From Thecamonas trahens ATCC 50062 (lineage: Eukaryota > Protista > Apusomonadida): a stretch of 64,000 nucleotides of DNA. Numbering within the stretch: the first letter of the stretch is position 1; each line of letters begins with the position of its first letter. The stretch lies in contig NW_013657675.1 of the NCBI RefSeq assembly GCF_000142905.1, positions 590,704 to 654,703 of the forward strand, given 5' to 3'. This document shows positions 43,901-52,147 of this stretch, piece after piece. Position numbers and translations under genes: made by a program. The notes under the pieces are model-generated. The model ran no database searches. It saw only the letters and a program-made list of their open reading frames with translations, and was not told the DNA's origin.

Positions 43901-44218
43901 GAGCTCGCGGTGCGGGCAGCAGCGCTCGAGGCCGAAAACGCGGCGCTTCGCAAGAAGCTCGAGCACATCGAGACAGGACTCGTGGAGCAGACTCGCGGGC
44001 TCATTGCCAACGTCCGAGAAGTGCAGCGGCTGCAGGCAGCCGAGTCTGGCGGCGACTCTGACGCGGCGTCGTTCGACTCGCAGCATCAGGGCTCGCTCTT
44101 TGAGCTCGAGCTCGACTCGCTGGAGCAGTCTGCCGATGCGCTTCTGCACTCGATCCACGAGTCGTTCGAGTCGATTGACTTTGGGCCGCCACCGTCGGAC
44201 TCGGACCATGAGTATTGA
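31913..44218 (+). CDS. Giant Ala/Glu/Leu-rich coiled-coil protein (~4100 aa, single exon)
   Basis: 12.3-kb uninterrupted ORF with continuous heptad character, Pro-poor body and no recognisable globular domain. Confidence 0.85.
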   Translation: MSTSPPTSHDGTESGTPSASRMLHSTNTGRPASSRRLTMSELDPHPQPVSTRQTRHGGHDQDTSSSHQHQPSLADLHAEKEDLVQAIHQLMASASSNDAATQAELALLRAQLSALNPPPQLAAASPQLSHSPTAHHSLMAMRDRMARLEAERNDLASQLGAAQATLSSRTLEASEWASRYEVATQGWREKIKTLEGALSNTNADTAGLKAQLAQLTDANARLEAELAAAQAAVAAHSSEARTSARTAREASHSATVLQAELDDARSHIETLATQLREANSKSRSSSRILELVRATLAANPRASAYAITDDTLIPQALASVFGDYDTALDDARAALARKNANLAASSAQVHALDTQMATLSASYAGSPAAAASLASSAVETAHASQSKLRAQIHDLSRQLQLVRESAAHDANQAAARLDAALTERDDARESESALQSRLQLAISKLSAASARDEATSREIDTLRRALDSAEAAAQDAVLACTKAQTQARGYASQLDVLTLQYKAAADKNATLATDLAAADDAIAELRSQVQSLEEAKTEAERAHRAALGKARVASEAAATSKSHLDQLTSRLARSDFDTSALRTTLRAAEAAAVDTREDLLADNTALATTCRSLRSDVSSAHASLAAAREQIKELTGQVAGLKAQLAANDELLAVRDAAVREMDTKLTTLQTLYTNSTAAAENVNSAAIHQVKLALDTAKADAAAAADATRAAERDAAAKAEAVAKLKASLADRDTTIARLESQIAVSKTGSTRDADLRAHLQAVNERLETQLAAVTREKRKATTEAHAHIDSLKTQLASLTSKLDSEAAINADLRTQLTAAFDDASASRAALVSSEDALVSVREEFALAVNKFAADKHALTQALATAKANIAALTSARDTALDEAATAASDADAATKARAATEAKLAVTNSELAAAKASASSSLSMIDTMKEHHAAEAAGLRKQINSITNELNAARTSLATCSSKSEASVADLKRTHASQVDALESALADLRSQLASKAAALETAQAEALVEAQNAEALADTLRDRITELESTSAAAADAAALETRSLHAKIKSLNQAKDLLEAQLARAKQQNEFLDHALSTAREEASHSMRMSQAGSKQLESVITNLRSQHEDALSSAQAQRTQFEDTLRETQEALAAEAKRSAAAAAQVVELSARADDLASQLAAVTTDRDMATAALDAAKADAATKLDLLSARLQARSDELDAVRRDESTAVAALQAQLVETRETVANLEDELAAARGAAALAANAAASKAAAAAEELSALKAEASALKATLSKTKTRARAREDDLTRELNARTAELAAAREEALQSASSSTEENQQLAHKLAHLQTKLSTTVDDLHAAQNQARTAEATVNDLRLELDATNRALAESNAQLGRTKSDHERTLELQRKQAASAAALAAQRLDAADDANADLQRRLTEARTSLTASRASEKALTAARDDAQARVNELTAQLTSLKTQLSVSTEDARADASRHAEETAKVESQLKNHIRELESALAVAKDAANSATLTQSAAETEAKDAKATAASLKAELAAVRAQAAAAADEATAAANAARELALAEERGHAAELAALQRELAAVNTALDATRASLDKEAEHWRSVLEESSTKSNHELAAAREATAHAEKTVDMLRTQLTAAVSERDSLRAQLTSTETGQHSAEAEAEAISAQLELQKQVTAQTQAELADARTALASRTQELESKHDALRAANMELSALQAQLARAEDHASEMEAKLAARAADADDEIKRWRDRLDEATRDRAADAAAAEAAAHTASLAAEHAAAQIEALRDDLARERSAVAEAHTRLAAVNEDMVITKTALTALQGTVERDAAAAAQAERAARGELAAEAAAHTATRNARDKAEAAAETASAKASELATQLASASAKLEAAEAEAASGRAIIAALETRVADAERKLETSTGAHSVLADHASALEADLREARTKLEATSAAARDAVTARDRMATALERAQTEKAHWNTMHEDRKHEVAELEAAKSRLFDELTRERAACKAAERNAASAEASASASDERVAALNAQVASLKASLGEKTSAVKTAAADADASRAQSNALTDTLAEVKAEMAKTKAELEHARAMARDASAARHAAELTADELRSQLQSRVDELHAAETELGKASAKVVSLHGTLADTKRALEQKHAELSTASNEADEAQAAQRQLQARVDELTNRLGGTAASLAAAQASGEAAEARARELSDELDNVRHKYEALTADHTASVADLATARSDARAAASNASRLENELSRTSHDHRAALSELATLSESVALEKSQAHASTLALASMEASLTRYSTHETSLADELDEVRMTERELRARLMRLEVNDEVLREQLAAAKELAESRATDAQVARERLAALTDDATEAQAEVARLNDLVRARSREAEQLAFKRDATIASLEDQVLSLSEELNARAKAVDEFEAAVQELHNTSVVAEATAAKQINALASERDTAKSAAQRADEARAAAVKELKLAKAEVATLSNALAAQRDETAEAQRHALGQHQARELESTRLEALTGQHEAASQELAQLRAAHEAQRNELETARRELLRYEARREALDESVSASQMWMSDTVSRADKLAAELAELRGSSEETAAALRTAREAEAAARSAAAREAAEHAETRKALVAAESSLARVSTTLSQVQDDAAAREASLLTQLESSSTNRDTVFARHRDALDEVAALRSEAASAKAAAGALQDQVRILSRELEAAQSGLASERSAHTAVRDEWKLLNEQLSEAKQELVALRASAESSASALARETGAAREASIAAREASGRANALEARVNTTEQALKDALASLERTNVTEASLRSELASVKAALAAAEERAHGRVGELASAQASAQAAELAASQAEAQSAALVASKDQTISMLRASLDETTSSKKQLELDLHSAVEQISQLQDSLRELQAQVSSQAASEDALSTLSNQLETSVMQAEHQREDLAHRLAAALEERNRLSQEVLRAGHELEKEAAEHAHTADKLRELRAEHEASEARAAAGSEELAKLKTALEVARAQLAERTTQTDAAADRVAEAEAQTAATTAELEETRRSLESADRRARAADGRAAKQAERADAEAAKAANALEDAAALRREVEACKAEMEQLKVRMASQAALTAQLKGQDAAAATTLAQLRESLAATADDRARLQSSIEAALQAKVQAESEAAGLAAQLEAAQSMCHDRAAVAQAAQAQLHAAEQKIESLASALEANRGELRAARQTAARAEQAADEIRADLARTREALSTESTTLAEAMDECVSNADSRAAAQAELAMAQEALDEARAEVARLSARVEAAERTASSAQERAKQLQASLSLRSEAHAKVAAELEMLRSREAEAVEARAKADGVVERLRAMLDKIRSESHAEAQEAARRLAAAQQEAAHAKSEAVAQSTALAGREQELAASTRAAGSLRRELDSALAMQAETSTRLEQARAEAKSLRAQVASKEATLGELREALGKAQAELESERMHAEMAVTELRSEVTEAAEARRQADAAVASLTTQLRLYESESRTPKKILESLQSQMAELDASKSELADQEALEAKVASLEDALRVSRASETQARIDLEGERKAASELAMSAAADREALVRAQEQAKFFESQAEQLASAKANAEAKVVAHSKAKSKQRDLISRLTTKCNELKVAVREEREAIGRVQVELAAVREEHSFCASKQAELREQLSELSELASHGDQLPQVQIKAKKLAIKLRTVMGELEQAQAEAAAARADAAEARASAQAAEAKANAASAGRARAEALANEADAQVLAVRREADERIAAVKKKAAARVAAAEEANSETAANRKARVTLEDMRKKYESRVKRLESKVSSVSRTRSSLQTELEEALSKVSEMEVTNMQHLKVVHALEEASEENKKLRAQLAQMRIKYKTVKGVAAQQRQVVPAHLRRVLTETEHDAMFGDDSEMDVAITPTMAAITSNAAAHEEASRCLALVASLKSQLAAVTSPSKTGAGASDEAVHMAASDPVGSLRSAILPVVSVVDELEDIIAHMDISDESLGIHGGELAVRAAALEAENAALRKKLEHIETGLVEQTRGLIANVREVQRLQAAESGGDSDAASFDSQHQGSLFELELDSLEQSADALLHSIHESFESIDFGPPPSDSDHEY

Positions 44219-44340
44219 ATTGTTGCCACCCAGCCCATCACTGCAAACCATCGACGCACGTCGCAAGTCGGGGATGGCATCAGTTGACGTTGGTTGAGCT
44301 GGCGACTCGAGGCACCTGTCTCCTCCCGAAGCCCGAAATC

Positions 44341-45860
44341 ATGTCATCGTCAGAGGAGTTCTACATCATAGACTCTGACGAGTCTGGGTCGTTTGAGATC
44401 GAAGACTCCGAGTCTGAGGACGACAACCCCGACATTGCGCTTGAGAACGCATTCCACGAGTCGAAGAGTACGTGGTAGTCGTAGTTTGTGTGCATGCCTT
44501 GCCCCACCATGGCCGTGGCCGCGGGGTCAGAGTGGAAGGGCGACCGGGGGGGGGGGGGGGGGGGGCGGCGACGATGGAACGAAATTGTGACTGACTCTGG
44601 GTGGGTGGGCGGCATGGTGTGTGCGCGCGGGTATGGTGGGGCATGGTGACAGGTCTCATGGACGACGCACATGCGGAGCAGGCGCTAGAGGGCTTTCAGA
44701 AGGTGCTGCGCTTGGAGGAGGAGCGGGGCAACCCGAGTGAGTACACGTACGACGCGGTGGGGTTTCTGGCGCGTCTGGCGTTTGGGCTCGGGCACGCTCG
44801 CGATGAGGTACTGGGCTACTTTCGGCGGCAGGTGGAGCTGGGACAGACGGCGATTGTGACGCGGAACCATGCGGAGAAGTGCGTGTTTGAGCAACTGGAC
44901 TTTTTTGCCAAGTCTGCCGATGATGTGGACTTGCTGGAAGCGGTGTACTCGCTGGCGCTGGAGGCGCTGAAGGACGACAACAAGCTGCGGTACAAGATCC
45001 TGCTCAAGCTTGGCAACGTGTACCGCGAGAAGGACGACCACGCGCGCCTCAAGAGTGTTCTGGACGAGCTGTACGCGATCTGCGACGCTGAGGGTTCGAC
45101 CGGGGCGCAGAGGCTGGAGGCGTACGCGCTGGAGATCCAGATGCACACCAAGACGCGGAACCGCAAGAAGCTCACCGAGCTGTACGAAAAGTCGCTGGAG
45201 GTTTCGGACGCGATCTCGCACCCGCGGACGATGGGCATCATCCGCGAGTGTGGCGGAAAGAACAACCTGATGATGGGCGACTTTGAGGCGGCACAGCGCG
45301 ACTTTTTCGAGTCGTTCAAGGCGTACGACAACGCGTCGGATGGCCGGGCGGTTGGGTGCCTTAAGATGTACATCCTCTCGTCGATGCTCTGCGAGTCAAC
45401 AGTAGACCCGCTGGCGGCCAACGAGGTCAAGGGCTATGTGGAGAACCGCGAGATCTCGTCATTTGTGGCGCTTGTTTCGGCGTACCAGCGCGACGACCTG
45501 CACGAGTTTGAGCGCGTGCTGCGGACGAACCGCCGGTCGTTTGACAACTTTCTCAAGGTCTACATCGACGACCTGCTCAAGAACGTGCGCACCAACGTCA
45601 TTCTCCAGCTCATTGCGCCGTACACAAACATCTCGATCGGCTTTGTGGCCAAGAAGCTCCGCATTCCCGACGCCGAGGTCGAAGCTCTGCTCATCTCGCT
45701 CATCCTCGACGCCCGCATCCTCGGCTACATCGACCAGGTCGAGCAGCGCCTGACGCTGACCTCCAAGACCAAGTCCAAGGATGAGACCCTTGCCGGCCTC
45801 AACCGCTGGGTCTCCCGCATCGAGTCCATGTCGGCCTCTATCCAAGGCAAGATCCGCTGA
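44341..45860 (+). CDS. COPS2: COP9 signalosome subunit 2, 2 exons, intron 44468-44652
   Basis: Splicing GTACGT...GACAG gives LENAFHESKSLMDD...ALEGFQKV; LEAYALEIQM, HPRTMGIIRECGGK, DFFESFK and a PCI domain. Confidence 0.92.
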
Positions 45861-46305
45861 GTGTGCGTTGAGTGTGTACGCTGGGCTGATGATGGCGATG
45901 GCAGCGCTGGTGCTGTCTCGAGGTCTGGACGAGAAGGGAGGGATTGAGCCAGTGGTTGGCTGGCTGGTAGCAAGTCGTAAAGTAGTTTGTCGGGATTGAG
46001 GCTGATGGGAAAGGGTGAGCGGGCGGGTGGGGGGATTGGGTGTGTGTGTGGTGGGGGTGGGGGGGGGAGGGTGGCGGTGGCACCTCCGCTCCGACCCATC
46101 CTCGCCCGACGAGTCGCAGAGCGACCACTGGCACCCCCACCACCCCCCACCCCCACCAACGTGACCCAAACACGCCCACTCCACTCCACCTCCTCCCCAC
46201 CTCACCCCCAACCCCACCAATCTACTGTGGCACCAAGCCCCACGTCTTTGTCTTCCTCTCCCTTTCCCTTTCGCTCTCCCTCATTCCCCTGTGCTAGGCT
46301 AAACC

Positions 46306-49300
46306 ATGGACGCACCGTTTCGTGTGACGCACCAGCGGGTAGCGCTGGACATCGACATGCAGGCGACACGGGTGGCTGGCATGACTGAGATGACGCTGGC
46401 ACCTCTGGATGAGAGCTTGGATAGGTTCTCGTTTAATGCAAGGAACTTGGACATTACTCGTATCACGGTGGATGGCGTGGTGGCAGAGTACGCCTTTCAG
46501 GATGCTCTCCAGCGGGTGGTGCCTCAGTACGAGGGCCAAGCCGCGTGGTCGGTTGGTCGCTACGATGAGTGTTTGGCGACGGCGATGGCGTCTGCCGATG
46601 CGGGTGAGCTGCTGGTGTACTTGCCCAAGGAAGTCAAGCTTGTGCCGCGGGCGGTGCCGCTCGGCGACGAGGCGGCGAAGGGCTGGGTTGCTCCGCCACC
46701 GGCCGACGAGGACTCGTCCGACGACGAGGAGGACAACTCTGTGGCATCGAGGCTGGGCATGTCGACGTCAAAGATCAAGCGAGCGACGCGGGAGAAGGCT
46801 GCGGCCGGCGGGAGTGAGGAGGAGGCTGCGGCCAAGGCCAAGAAGAAGAAGAAGAAGGGACTGTCCGAGGCGGCTGCGGCCGGAGCGGCTGCGGCGCTGG
46901 CGTCGCGGCAGCAGCGGATGAAGGCGTCGTACTTTGAGCCTGTGGTTGTTCGCATCGAGTACTCGGTGACGGCGCCGGCAGGCGGGCTGCGGTTTGTGCT
47001 GCCGGACGCAGACGCGTTTCCGATGCGGGCGCCGCAGCTGCACACGACGGGCGAGCCGCTGTCGACGCGGATGTGGCTGCCGTGCGTGGACAACCGAATC
47101 TCGCGGCCGCTATACGAGTTTGCGTTTACGGTCGACGCGCGGTTTATGGTTGTGGCATCGGGCACGCTGGTGTCGCAGGTTGAGACTGGCGACGGGGCTA
47201 CCAAAACGTTCTACTACATGCTCGAGGTTCCTACTGCGGCTGGTGCACTCTCGCTGGCGGTGGCACCGTTTGAAGTGGTGCAGGACCCGCGGCTGCCATT
47301 TGTGACCACGTTCTGCCTGCCCGGCGAGGCCGAGCGGGCGGTGCACACGGCGGCGGCGCTGTACGACATCTTTGAGTTTTACGAGGACTACCTCGGGCTC
47401 CCGTACCCGCACGAGAACTTCAAGCTTGCGTTTCTGGAAGAGCTGCCTGGTACGTTAGTGGTAGGTGCGACGGTGGCGTTCTGCTCCGACGCGCTGCTCC
47501 ACGACGCGTGTGTGGCGGACCAGGTCCAGCCTGCGGCGTGCGAGCTCGCGCTCGCGGTGGCGACGCAGTGGTTTGGAGCGTTCATCGATGTGCCGACATG
47601 GTCGGAGGTGTGGACGCTTGAGGGTCTCGCGCGGCTGCTGCGACACGAGTTTGTGCGGGCGGCGTTTGGGATTGCGGCTGCAAAGCTCGCGCTCTACTCG
47701 TCGATGCAAGTTGTGCGAGTGGTTGAGGGCGGGAACGCGCTTGCGGGCGTGGTCATGCCGCCGCTCTCGCATCCGACGTTCGAGTCGCACCCTGCGGCGC
47801 TGATGGAGGACTTTGGCGCGGTCAACGCGCTGCCTGTGGTGGCCGGGCTGAGTCTTGTCTCGCACGCGCTCTCGTACGGCAGCGTCTTTGGAGTCAAGGC
47901 CTTTGTGGTCATGCACATGCTGCAGACGCGAGCCGGGCCGGAAAAGTTCAAGCGACTGCTTGTGGGGACGTGCCGGCGTGCGCTGGACTCTGACCTTGCG
48001 ACGATTCTGGACTTTGAAGGCGAGATTTTTGCGCGGCTGTGCAAGAAGGACTCGTCGCTGCGGGAGTTTGCAGAGATGTGGGTGTCGCGGGCGGGCTCGC
48101 CGACGCTGCTCTGCGGGTTCTGGTTCAACCGCAAGCAGCACATGGCCGAGGTTGCGATTCGACAGGAGGGCGTGCGCGACTGGAACAGCGACAAGTTTAC
48201 GGGCCCGCTCATTCTGCGAATCCACGAGTATGACGGGCTCTACGACCACGTGCTCCACATCGACGACGTGTACAATGTGTGCTCTGCGCCGGTCAACTCG
48301 AAGAACCGCAAGGCGCGTGCCAAGACTGTCAAGCTGGAGAACGGCGAGTACGCGAGCGTGGACGTGACAGCGATGAACGACGCGCCAATTCTGTGGCTGC
48401 GGCCGGACCCCGACCTCATGTTCCTCGGCACCATCACGTTTGTGCAGTCGGAGGACAACTGGGTGTTCCAGGCAACGCTTGAGCGCGACGTGGTGGGCCA
48501 GCTGACGGCGATTGCGGAGCTGGGCAAGATCGGAACACCCGACGCGATCAAGGCGCTTGCGGCGATTCTGGAGGACACGCGTAATTACCACGCGGTGCGG
48601 AGCGCGGCGGCGGCAGGGCTGGCGACAGCGGCGACGGTGCGGAACGCCGGGGCGGCGCTGGAGACACTCATCTCGCTCTTCAAGTCGTTCTACTTTTATG
48701 AGGACGGCTCGCGGTTCAAGCCAAACGACTACTCTGACCTTGCGGCGTACCACGTGCTGGTGGGGATGGTGCGTGCACTGGCGATTGTGCGCGATGCCTC
48801 GGGTGAGTCGCCGCAGCACATTCGCGACTTTCTGGGCGAGCTCCTCAAGACCAACGACAACTCGTCGAACGAGCTCACGGATGCGTTCTTTGTGGCGGAG
48901 CTGTACAAGGCGCTGACGCAAACGGCGCTTGCCAGTCGTGACAGCGCCATCGGGCTTGCAATGTACCGCAAGCTCTGCTCTGCGCTCGACTTTTACCGCA
49001 TCCTGCCGTCGTACCACGACGTGGTCTCGCAGGCAGCGCTGGCGGGCATTGCGGCGCTTGCAGGCGCGCCGGGCTCGCGGGTGCCGCGTGGCGAGGTGCT
49101 TGACAAGCTGTACGAGGCAGCGGCGTACGGTAAGTTTGCCGACGTGCGTGTGGTGGCGTACTGCGGGCTTGTGGATCTTGTGGCGCTGGACAGTGTCGCG
49201 GCGCTGACGTCGTTCCTGGGCCTACTTGCGGCGGAGCCTGTGACGACGACGGCGTATGTGGTGCTGAAGCATGTGGCCGCACACGTGGGGCGGGCGCCGA

Positions 49301-49905
49301 TGTACAAGGAGCTGCACTCGCCGGTGACGGAGCTCGTGGCGGCGCGCAAGCTCACATCGGTCGTCTGGCACCAGCTCAATGTGGTCTCGGCATACGACTC
49401 GAAGCGTGCTGCCGGGTGGCGGGCGGTCTACCGCGCCCTGTTTGGCTACGGCAAGCCGGTCTGCCTCCCGAACGAGGTGCCAGCGGCGCAGGCCGAGCGG
49501 CCGCGGCTCAAGCTTGTGATTAAGCAGCAGGATGTGGCAGCGGCCATGCCACAGGCCATGGACGTTGCCGACGAGCCGTCGACGGCGGTGGCGATGCAGG
49601 AGGCGGGGACCAAGGTTGCTGTCAAGACCGAGGAGGCTGCGGCCCCCGTACCTGCCGCGGTCGCGAGCAGCGGCGCGGTGGCGGCCACCGGCATGCCTGC
49701 GGCTGCAGCGGCGGCCCCCGCAGCGGCAGTGGCGGCCGGAGCAGGCGAGGCAGCGAGCGGAGGAGGGTCTGCTCCGCCTGCTGGGGAGGTCAAGCCGTCG
49801 CGGCCGGTCATCAAGCTCAAGCTTGGCGGAGCTCTGCTGACCAGCGGCGGTGGCGGTAGCGACGATGACGACGAGTGGGGCACGTTCTCGTCGAGCGAAG
49901 AGTGA
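46306..49905 (+). CDS. TAF2: TFIID subunit 2 (M1 aminopeptidase-like fold)
   Basis: FRVTHQRVAL, WLPCVD, KTFYY, FNRKQH, FTGPLILRIHEYDG, ILWLRPDPD, ERDVVGQ, KPNDYSD. Confidence 0.9.
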   Translation: MDAPFRVTHQRVALDIDMQATRVAGMTEMTLAPLDESLDRFSFNARNLDITRITVDGVVAEYAFQDALQRVVPQYEGQAAWSVGRYDECLATAMASADAGELLVYLPKEVKLVPRAVPLGDEAAKGWVAPPPADEDSSDDEEDNSVASRLGMSTSKIKRATREKAAAGGSEEEAAAKAKKKKKKGLSEAAAAGAAAALASRQQRMKASYFEPVVVRIEYSVTAPAGGLRFVLPDADAFPMRAPQLHTTGEPLSTRMWLPCVDNRISRPLYEFAFTVDARFMVVASGTLVSQVETGDGATKTFYYMLEVPTAAGALSLAVAPFEVVQDPRLPFVTTFCLPGEAERAVHTAAALYDIFEFYEDYLGLPYPHENFKLAFLEELPGTLVVGATVAFCSDALLHDACVADQVQPAACELALAVATQWFGAFIDVPTWSEVWTLEGLARLLRHEFVRAAFGIAAAKLALYSSMQVVRVVEGGNALAGVVMPPLSHPTFESHPAALMEDFGAVNALPVVAGLSLVSHALSYGSVFGVKAFVVMHMLQTRAGPEKFKRLLVGTCRRALDSDLATILDFEGEIFARLCKKDSSLREFAEMWVSRAGSPTLLCGFWFNRKQHMAEVAIRQEGVRDWNSDKFTGPLILRIHEYDGLYDHVLHIDDVYNVCSAPVNSKNRKARAKTVKLENGEYASVDVTAMNDAPILWLRPDPDLMFLGTITFVQSEDNWVFQATLERDVVGQLTAIAELGKIGTPDAIKALAAILEDTRNYHAVRSAAAAGLATAATVRNAGAALETLISLFKSFYFYEDGSRFKPNDYSDLAAYHVLVGMVRALAIVRDASGESPQHIRDFLGELLKTNDNSSNELTDAFFVAELYKALTQTALASRDSAIGLAMYRKLCSALDFYRILPSYHDVVSQAALAGIAALAGAPGSRVPRGEVLDKLYEAAAYGKFADVRVVAYCGLVDLVALDSVAALTSFLGLLAAEPVTTTAYVVLKHVAAHVGRAPMYKELHSPVTELVAARKLTSVVWHQLNVVSAYDSKRAAGWRAVYRALFGYGKPVCLPNEVPAAQAERPRLKLVIKQQDVAAAMPQAMDVADEPSTAVAMQEAGTKVAVKTEEAAAPVPAAVASSGAVAATGMPAAAAAAPAAAVAAGAGEAASGGGSAPPAGEVKPSRPVIKLKLGGALLTSGGGGSDDDDEWGTFSSSEE

Positions 49906-50029
49906 ACACAGTAAGATGAGCAGCGTCTCGCAGGCAGTGGCCGTGGCGGGTCGGTGACGGCTGGGGTAAAGACTTGGCTCGAGTCGCGGGCGAGCGGCGA
50001 GCGAGGCGACCGTCAGGTGCAGGCGGACG

Positions 50030-51015
50030 ATGTCTGGCGGACTGGCCGAGGTGCCAAAGGAGGCATGGGTAGACTATGCACAGGCGGTTGCGCAAGTCTT
50101 TGCGCTTGCGGGCTTTGCCGGGGTACAGGCGAGCGAGTGGGACGCAGCGTCGCATGCGCAGGCTGTCTCGTGGGCCGAGCTGTTTGCGGCGCTCGGCGAG
50201 GCACTACGTGATGGCAGCGAACCGCGACCTGCGGTGACGGCGGGGGAGATACTTGCCGAGCTGCGGGCGGCGGGTGCGCCATTTACCTCGGTGGAGAGCC
50301 TGTGCGGTGCACGGGAGCTTCTGGATGCGACGCTGCTGGGCAACGTGGGAGTGGCAGCACAGCCGGAGCTTCTGGCTACGGTCGTGGCGGCGCTGGCGGA
50401 TCCTCAGGCGGCACTGGCACAGGCACTACAGCAGAGCGCCGAGGATGCGGTCGGATGGCGGGTGGCGGCGGCAGCGGACAAGTTGGCAGAGGCTGGGCGG
50501 AAAGCCGCGAGTGAGGGCGAGCCGTGGGTGGTGGCGATGGCGCGTGAGGAGCTCGGCGACGGCGGCGGCGGCGAGATCGGGGCCGCGGAGTTGGCGCAGG
50601 CACTCAAGGCACTGAGAGAGAACGAGAACGGAAGCGAGGGCGAGGGTGAGATGGTGGATGCGGCAGTGCGGACGGTGGCGCGGGCAGCGCTGGCGGGGGT
50701 GGCGAGTGCTGGCGATGTGGATGCGACGGCAGCGGCGCTGGCGACGATGAGCATGTCGCGGGCAGGCGAGGTTGCAGTAGCGGTAGCCAATTATCTCGCA
50801 TACCTCTCGTTTGCTTTTTCCGGCTCTATCTCGACGGGCTCAGCTCGCAGATGCGTGTGGGTGGGAGGAGTGCGGACGGCGCGGCGCGGCGGCTCGAGTC
50901 GCTGCGTACGATCTCGCGCGGAGCGAGCGAGGCGGTGGCTGCGGTGATGGGAGTGGGTGAGGTCAGAGGGAGGGCGGGCACGGGCAGCAGCACCAGCGAT
51001 GACGACGATGTTTAA
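50030..51015 (+). CDS. FANCF-like protein (probable short intron ~50771-50850)
   Basis: N-terminal WDAASHAQAVSWAELF and ARELLDATLLGN resemble the FANCF N-terminal blocks. A pyrimidine-rich stretch ending CGCAG (50850) leads into a frame ending at TAA 51015. Confidence 0.5.
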
Positions 51016-51038
51016 GCGAGCGGAAGAGCGGGAGGCTT

Positions 51039-51816
51039 CTACATAAAGGCGAGAACGGCGGAGAGAGCCGAGGCGGAGCCGATGATGGCGGTCGAGGATG
51101 TGTTGACCGACTCGAGGTCAAGGCCCTTTGCGGTGGCGTCCCAGTAGATGTGGCGGGCGGAAGCCAGGTAGTGGTAGGTGAGCGGGAAGGCGACAGAGAA
51201 CTTGGCGAGCGGGACGAGGGCGGGAGCGGCGTCCTTGAAGGCGTGGACGCAGTCGGTGATGTCGCCCGACGAGGGCAGATAGACGAGCGAGGCGGTGGCG
51301 AGGCCGCCGACCAGAGCCATACCGGTCACACGGTTCATGATGGACGAGATAGCGGTGACCGGGAACTTGTACACGGTGACATGCGGCGAGATGGGCCGCT
51401 TGGCGTTGCGGTTGGTCGCCTCGCCGGCCGCAGCTGCAGAGGACGACGTCAGCGTCCGCACGCCCGCCAGAGCAGTGGCGACAGCAGGGGACGATGCCAG
51501 GGAGCTGTGGAGAGGGTATGCGGGAGGGAGGAGGAGGAGGAGGGGGTGGTGGTGAGAGGGTGTTGGTGGTGGTGGGTATGGGGTGTGTGTGGGTGGTGTG
51601 GGAGCGGGTCGAGTCGTCAGCCATTTTTTGGTCTGTGGACCATGGGCATGGGCATGGGCATGGGCATGGACATGGGGCATGGGCATGGGCATGGAGAGTG
51701 GGGGAGGGGGGAAGGGGGCGGTTGGATGGAAGGTGGAACTGTGCAGGAGGCGGTGGGACGTACGTAGGCGTGGTGGCGGCACGCAGTGTGGCGCTAGCGA
51801 GAACGATACGCAGCAT
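51039..51816 (-). CDS. SDHC: Succinate dehydrogenase cytochrome b560 subunit, 2 exons, intron 51763-51505
   Basis: Presequence MLRIVLASATLRAATTPT spliced in frame (GTACGT...CCACAG) to RPISPHVTVY, SSIMNRVTG, YHYLASARHIYWD. Confidence 0.93.
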
Positions 51817-51959
51817 TGTGTGGTGCGGGCGTCGAGTCTGCGTCCGCGACAACGAGTTTGGTTGGGATTTGGGGGGGGGGGGGGGGGGAGAAGGGGTGGA
51901 CAAGATTGGCTTGCGTTCATTGGACACTAGAGTCGGGAGGGAGGGAGATGAGAAGGATG

Positions 51960-52147
51960 GCCGAGATATCGGGATACTCGTCGGATTACTCGTCGGGTTT
52001 CTCATCGGGATACTCGTCGGGTTACTCGTCGGGTTACTCGTTGGGGTCATCGTACTCATCGACCAACTTGTCGACTTGATTGTGAGCTTGGACGATGGCT
52101 TGGACGATCGTTTGGACGATCGGCTGGATGATCGGTCGGACGATCGC
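51960..52147. repeat. Two degenerate ~12-mer arrays (TACTCGTCGGGT- and TTGGACGATCG-like)
   Basis: Direct reading downstream of the 52148 stop. Confidence 0.7.

Noticed and set aside
32000-44200. Many long antisense and alternate-frame ORFs
   Set aside because: Expected shadows of GC-rich coding sequence; no motifs.
51960-52147. In-frame PDE*/PDEY repeats after the stop suggesting TAA recoding
   Set aside because: TAA is a normal stop in conserved genes here (GST, AP-1 mu); the pattern is ordinary repeat variation.
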